Positions 60,349 through 64,000 of a stretch of DNA of 64,000 nt are shown here, piece by piece. Positions within the stretch are counted from its first letter, which is position 1. Every line of letters begins with the position of its first letter. The notes below the pieces were generated by a model. That model was given only the letters and a program-made list of their open reading frames with translations, was not told where the DNA came from and made no database searches. The DNA is from an uncultured Pseudomonadota bacterium (GTDB taxonomy: Bacteria > Oederibacteriota > Muellerivitia > Muellerivitales > Muellerivitaceae). A program made the translations under genes and the position numbers. The stretch covers positions 64,001 through 128,000 of the forward strand of contig CAWIIP010000004.1 of assembly GCA_963836235.1 (NCBI GenBank), in the 5' to 3' direction.

Positions 60349-61743
60349 ATGGCAAAAACTAAAACTCAATTTGCCTGCCAAAACTGCGGGACTAAAAGCC
60401 CCAAGTGGCAGGGGAAATGCAATGCTTGCGGCGAATGGAATAGCTTCGTTGAGGAAATCATGGATTCGGGAAGATCGCAAGAGCGTGGGCGCAAGCTTTC
60501 CAAGCCCTCTGAAACCGCGGTGCCGGTGCCCTTGGATGAAATTGATATCGACGAAGGCTATCGCCTTAAGACCCAGATCAACGAATTCGACAGGGTTTTG
60601 GGCGGGGGGATTGTGCCGGGGGAAACGGTCATGATCGGCGGTGATCCGGGGATTGGCAAATCCACCCTGCTTTTGCAGGTGGTGGACCGGTTGGCGAGGC
60701 TTCAGAAAGAAGGGCAGGGCAAATGCCTTTATGTGACGGGTGAGGAATCGGCCCAACAGATCAAGCTCCGTGCCGAGAGGCTAGGAATCCGTTCCAACAA
60801 TCTCTATATCTTCCCGGAGACGGATGTTTTCGCCATTCTGGATCAGATTGAAAAGACCAGGCCGATACTCACCGTGATTGACTCGATTCAAACCTTGTTC
60901 CTGGCCGATATCGCCTCGGCGCCGGGCAGCGTCTCCCAGGTGAGGGAGTCGGCAGCGCGGTTGACTTACTTGGCGAAACGGGAAAAATTGCCCATGTTCC
61001 TCATCGGCCACGTCACTAAAGAAGGAAGCATTGCCGGACCCATGGTGTTGGAACACATGGTGGACGCGGTGCTTTATTTCGAGGGCGATATCCAAAGACA
61101 TTACCGGCTTTTACGGGCTGTCAAAAACCGCTTTGGCAGCACCCAGGAGATTGGTATTTTCGATATGCGGGAGGATGGATTGGCCGAAGTGGCGGACGCC
61201 TCCAAGGCTTTCCTGGACGCGCATTTCGTCCATAGTTCGGGTTCGGTCATTACGGCCAGCTTGGAAGGCACCCGGCCGCTTCTTTTGGAAGTCCAATCCC
61301 TAGTGAGTCCCACTAATTTTGGAATGCCCCAGCGCCGTTCGAGCGGGATTGATCCTAACCGGCTGGCTTTGATTTTGGCCATCCTTGAAAAAAGATTGGG
61401 CATGGCCATCTCCTCACAAGATGTTTTTCTCAATATCGCGGGCGGCATTAAGGTGGTGGAGCCATCGATCGACTTGAGCGTTGCCGTAGCCGTTGCTTCT
61501 TCTTTTAGGGAAGTACCGGTCGGCGCCGATACCCTGGTGTTGGGGGAATTGGGCTTGTCCGGCGAAGTGAGAGCGGTTTCCCAAATCGGCCCCCGGTTGG
61601 CCGAAGCGGCGCGTTTGGGTTTTAAACAGGCTGTTGTTCCCCACGGCAACTTGAAAGCAGTTTCCCTTTTGCCTGACGCGCCCATGGAAGTCTTAGGGGT
61701 GAAAACCCTGGCGGAAGCCATCGGTCTATTAGTCACTCGTTAA
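60349..61743 (+). CDS. radA: DNA repair protein RadA/Sms
   Basis: CQNCG...W.GKC..C..WNS; GGDPGIGKSTLLLQ; KNRFG; GELGLSGEVR. Confidence 0.98.
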   Translation: MAKTKTQFACQNCGTKSPKWQGKCNACGEWNSFVEEIMDSGRSQERGRKLSKPSETAVPVPLDEIDIDEGYRLKTQINEFDRVLGGGIVPGETVMIGGDPGIGKSTLLLQVVDRLARLQKEGQGKCLYVTGEESAQQIKLRAERLGIRSNNLYIFPETDVFAILDQIEKTRPILTVIDSIQTLFLADIASAPGSVSQVRESAARLTYLAKREKLPMFLIGHVTKEGSIAGPMVLEHMVDAVLYFEGDIQRHYRLLRAVKNRFGSTQEIGIFDMREDGLAEVADASKAFLDAHFVHSSGSVITASLEGTRPLLLEVQSLVSPTNFGMPQRRSSGIDPNRLALILAILEKRLGMAISSQDVFLNIAGGIKVVEPSIDLSVAVAVASSFREVPVGADTLVLGELGLSGEVRAVSQIGPRLAEAARLGFKQAVVPHGNLKAVSLLPDAPMEVLGVKTLAEAIGLLVTR

Positions 61744-61827
61744 AAAGGCCCATCTTCATTGAACCCATTGGGGATCAATGACTTTGCGGTGAAAATTGGG
61801 TTTTTATTTGTTAGACTGTCCGCCCTT

Positions 61828-62553
61828 ATGACAAAAGCCAAACACAAGAAAACACAACCTTGGGCAGCCATGATTGTCGCGGCCGGCCAATCCAAACGCC
61901 TCAAAAGCCAAGTGCCTAAGCCTTTCCTTTACGTCGATACTCGCCGAACGATGCTGGATATGTGCTTGGAATCCTTTGCGCAAGTTCCTGGATTAGCCTA
62001 CGTGATTATCGTGACCCGTTCGGAATTTTTAGAACAGGCCATCCAAGCCATTTATCGTTGGAAGCTCGCCGGAATCGTGACCAAAGGCGGCGCAGAACGG
62101 GAAGACTCGGTTCAGCGAGGATTAGAAGTGGTGCCACCCGGCGTCCGGCATATCCTTATCCATGATGCCGCCAGGCCTTTAGTTAGCCCTGGCCTCATTC
62201 ACCGAGTATTGGAAGGGGCGATAAATTCTGGAGCGGTAATTCCGGTCATTCCGGTGAAAGATACCTTGAAAGTGGTGGATAAAGGCCAGGTTGTAAAAAC
62301 CTTAGATCGAACCAAGATCGGGGCGGTCCAAACACCCCAAGGGTTCAAACTGGCGGTCTTACAAAAAGCTTTTAAGAAAATTGGGAAGAAAGCCTCGCGG
62401 TTGACGGATGACGCCGCCGTAGTGGAAGCCGCCGGCCTAAAGGTGCGAGTGGTGGAAGGCGATCTTTTGAATTTTAAAGTGACGACCCCCGACGATCTTC
62501 GGCATGTCAAAGACCTGGTTTGGTGGGAAAAGAGCCGGGAATACCAGCATTAA
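61828..62553 (+). CDS. ispD: 2-C-methyl-D-erythritol 4-phosphate cytidylyltransferase
   Basis: AAG.S.R...PK; GGAER.DSV; IHDAARP; QTPQGF; TDDA; KVTTPDDL. Confidence 0.95.
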   Translation: MTKAKHKKTQPWAAMIVAAGQSKRLKSQVPKPFLYVDTRRTMLDMCLESFAQVPGLAYVIIVTRSEFLEQAIQAIYRWKLAGIVTKGGAEREDSVQRGLEVVPPGVRHILIHDAARPLVSPGLIHRVLEGAINSGAVIPVIPVKDTLKVVDKGQVVKTLDRTKIGAVQTPQGFKLAVLQKAFKKIGKKASRLTDDAAVVEAAGLKVRVVEGDLLNFKVTTPDDLRHVKDLVWWEKSREYQH

Positions 62554-62632
62554 CCGCAATTATCAGTTGGCAGTCGTCGGCAGTCGGCATCTCCTAGCGA
62601 TTCCGCGGTAGAAATTAATTTCAGGAGTTATT

Positions 62633-63112
62633 TTGGATTATAGGGTTGGTATTGGATATGACGCTCATCGGTTTATAGAAGGGCGGTCCCTCGTCCTGGG
62701 TGGCGTGACGGTACCCCATGACAAAGGCTTACTGGGTCATTCGGACGCGGATGCCCTTTGCCACGCGGTTTCGGACGCCATCCTAGGGGCGGCGGCTTTG
62801 GGGGACATGGGACAGTATTTTCCCGATAGCGATCCCAAATGGAAAGGCGCCGACAGTTTGGCCATGCTCAAGGAATGCGCCCGCATGGCCAAAGCCAAGG
62901 GTTGGAAGGTTTGTAACGTGGACGCCACCATCGTTTGCCAGAAACCCAAATTATCGAATTACCTCGTTTCGATGTCGCAAATGATCGAACAAACATTGGA
63001 AGTAAGTTCGGACAAGGTGAACGTGAAGGCCAAAACCACCGAAAGCATGGGATTCGAAGGCAGGGAAGAGGGCCTTTCGGTCCAGGCCGTCGTATTACTC
63101 CAAAGGGAATAA
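62633..63112 (+). CDS. ispF: 2-C-methyl-D-erythritol 2,4-cyclodiphosphate synthase
   Basis: RVGIGYDAH, GHSDAD...HA..DA.LGA, KAKTTE.MGF.GR.EG; AGGAG SD with TTG start. Confidence 0.97.
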   Translation: MDYRVGIGYDAHRFIEGRSLVLGGVTVPHDKGLLGHSDADALCHAVSDAILGAAALGDMGQYFPDSDPKWKGADSLAMLKECARMAKAKGWKVCNVDATIVCQKPKLSNYLVSMSQMIEQTLEVSSDKVNVKAKTTESMGFEGREEGLSVQAVVLLQRE

Positions 63113-63116
63113 AAGT

Positions 63117-64000
63117 ATGACAGAACAAGTAAGAGTCAGGTTCGCCCCCAGTCCTACCGGTGACCTTCATTTGGGCAATGTGCGCACGGCGCTTTATAAC
63201 TGGTTTTATGCCCGACATACGAAAGGCGTGTTGATCCTGCGGGTGGAAGATACGGACAAAGTTCGGTCCACGGAAGAATATTGCGAAGAGTTGATGGATA
63301 TCATGACTTGGCTGGGCCTGAAGTGGGATGAAGGACCAAGAGTGGGTGGACCTTATGGGCCCTACAAGCAATCCGAGCGGACCGCCATTTATGAGGAACA
63401 CCTGGAAAAGCTGAAGACCCAAAATATGGTTTATCCCTGCTATTGCAGCGAGGAAGAACTGGAACTGGAACGTAAACGCCAATTAGGCCGGGGGCAAATG
63501 CCTAAATACGGAGGTAAGTGTAAGAAACTCACGCCGGAAGAACGGAAGAAGTTAGATTCGGAGGGTAAAACTTCGGTCTTGCGTTTCAGCGTTCCGCCGG
63601 GGGAAATATTGGTGCAGGACGAGGTTCGGGGTGAAGTCCGGTTTCCGGATGATCAATTGGGGGATTTCGTGCTGACCCGCTCGGATAAAAGCCCCACTTA
63701 CAACTTTACGGTGGTCGTCGATGATGCCTTAATGAAGGTCACCCACGTTATCCGTGGGGAAGATCATTTATCCAATACTCCAAAGCAAATCCTTTTATAT
63801 AACGCGCTTGGTTATCAGCCGCCCAAGTTTGCCCATCTCTCGATTATCAAGGGGGCGGATGGCCAGAAGCTTTCTAAGCGGCACGGGGAAACCAGCGTGG
63901 AAAGCTACAAAGCCAAGGGCTATTTGCCCGAAGCCTTCTTGAATTATCTGGCTCTTTTAGGTTGGGCGCCGAAAAGCGGCGAGATCCTTTCATTGGATCA
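63117..64000 (+). CDS. gltX: Glutamate--tRNA ligase (3' truncated; absent from the ORF track)
   Basis: Manual translation: MTEQVRVRFAPSPTGDLHLGNVRTAL...RVEDTD...HVIRGEDHLSNT...KLSKRHG. Confidence 0.97.
   Translation, partial: MTEQVRVRFAPSPTGDLHLGNVRTALYNWFYARHTKGVLILRVEDTDKVRSTEEYCEELMDIMTWLGLKWDEGPRVGGPYGPYKQSERTAIYEEHLEKLKTQNMVYPCYCSEEELELERKRQLGRGQMPKYGGKCKKLTPEERKKLDSEGKTSVLRFSVPPGEILVQDEVRGEVRFPDDQLGDFVLTRSDKSPTYNFTVVVDDALMKVTHVIRGEDHLSNTPKQILLYNALGYQPPKFAHLSIIKGADGQKLSKRHGETSVESYKAKGYLPEAFLNYLALLGWAPKSGEILSLD

Noticed and set aside
62868-63482. 204-aa minus-strand ORF
   Set aside because: Overlaps ispF and gltX on the opposite strand

Overview
Bacterial chromosome segment from a diderm organism (TolC, MlaEFD, OmpA-domain and PorV/PorQ-family barrel present). 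The left two thirds is envelope/accessory DNA. It holds four large secreted Thr/Pro-rich proteins ending in a shared T9SS-type-A-like/FlgD-like C-terminal domain, a PorV/PorQ-family barrel fused to Ig, OmpA and TPR domains, and a translationally coupled operon (double O-antigen-ligase-TPR, two YfhO/GT-C proteins, PL14-like lyase). It also has duplicated MacAB(-TolC) efflux genes and a NifA-like activator upstream of a sigma54-driven glnA. The right third is housekeeping: fbaB, a PfkB/RhaD-like/PPi-PFK sugar cluster, an amber-interrupted RDD gene, rpsF-ssb-rpsR-yybS-rplI, a DnaA-box cluster, dnaB-alr-mlaEFD and radA-ispD-ispF-gltX (truncated). The best candidate for an undescribed system is a T9SS-like export, peptidoglycan-tethering and glycosylation module for mucin-like surface proteins in an apparently non-Bacteroidota lineage. 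No rRNA, tRNA, CRISPR array or transposase was seen. All family assignments were made by eye from motifs; no searches were run.
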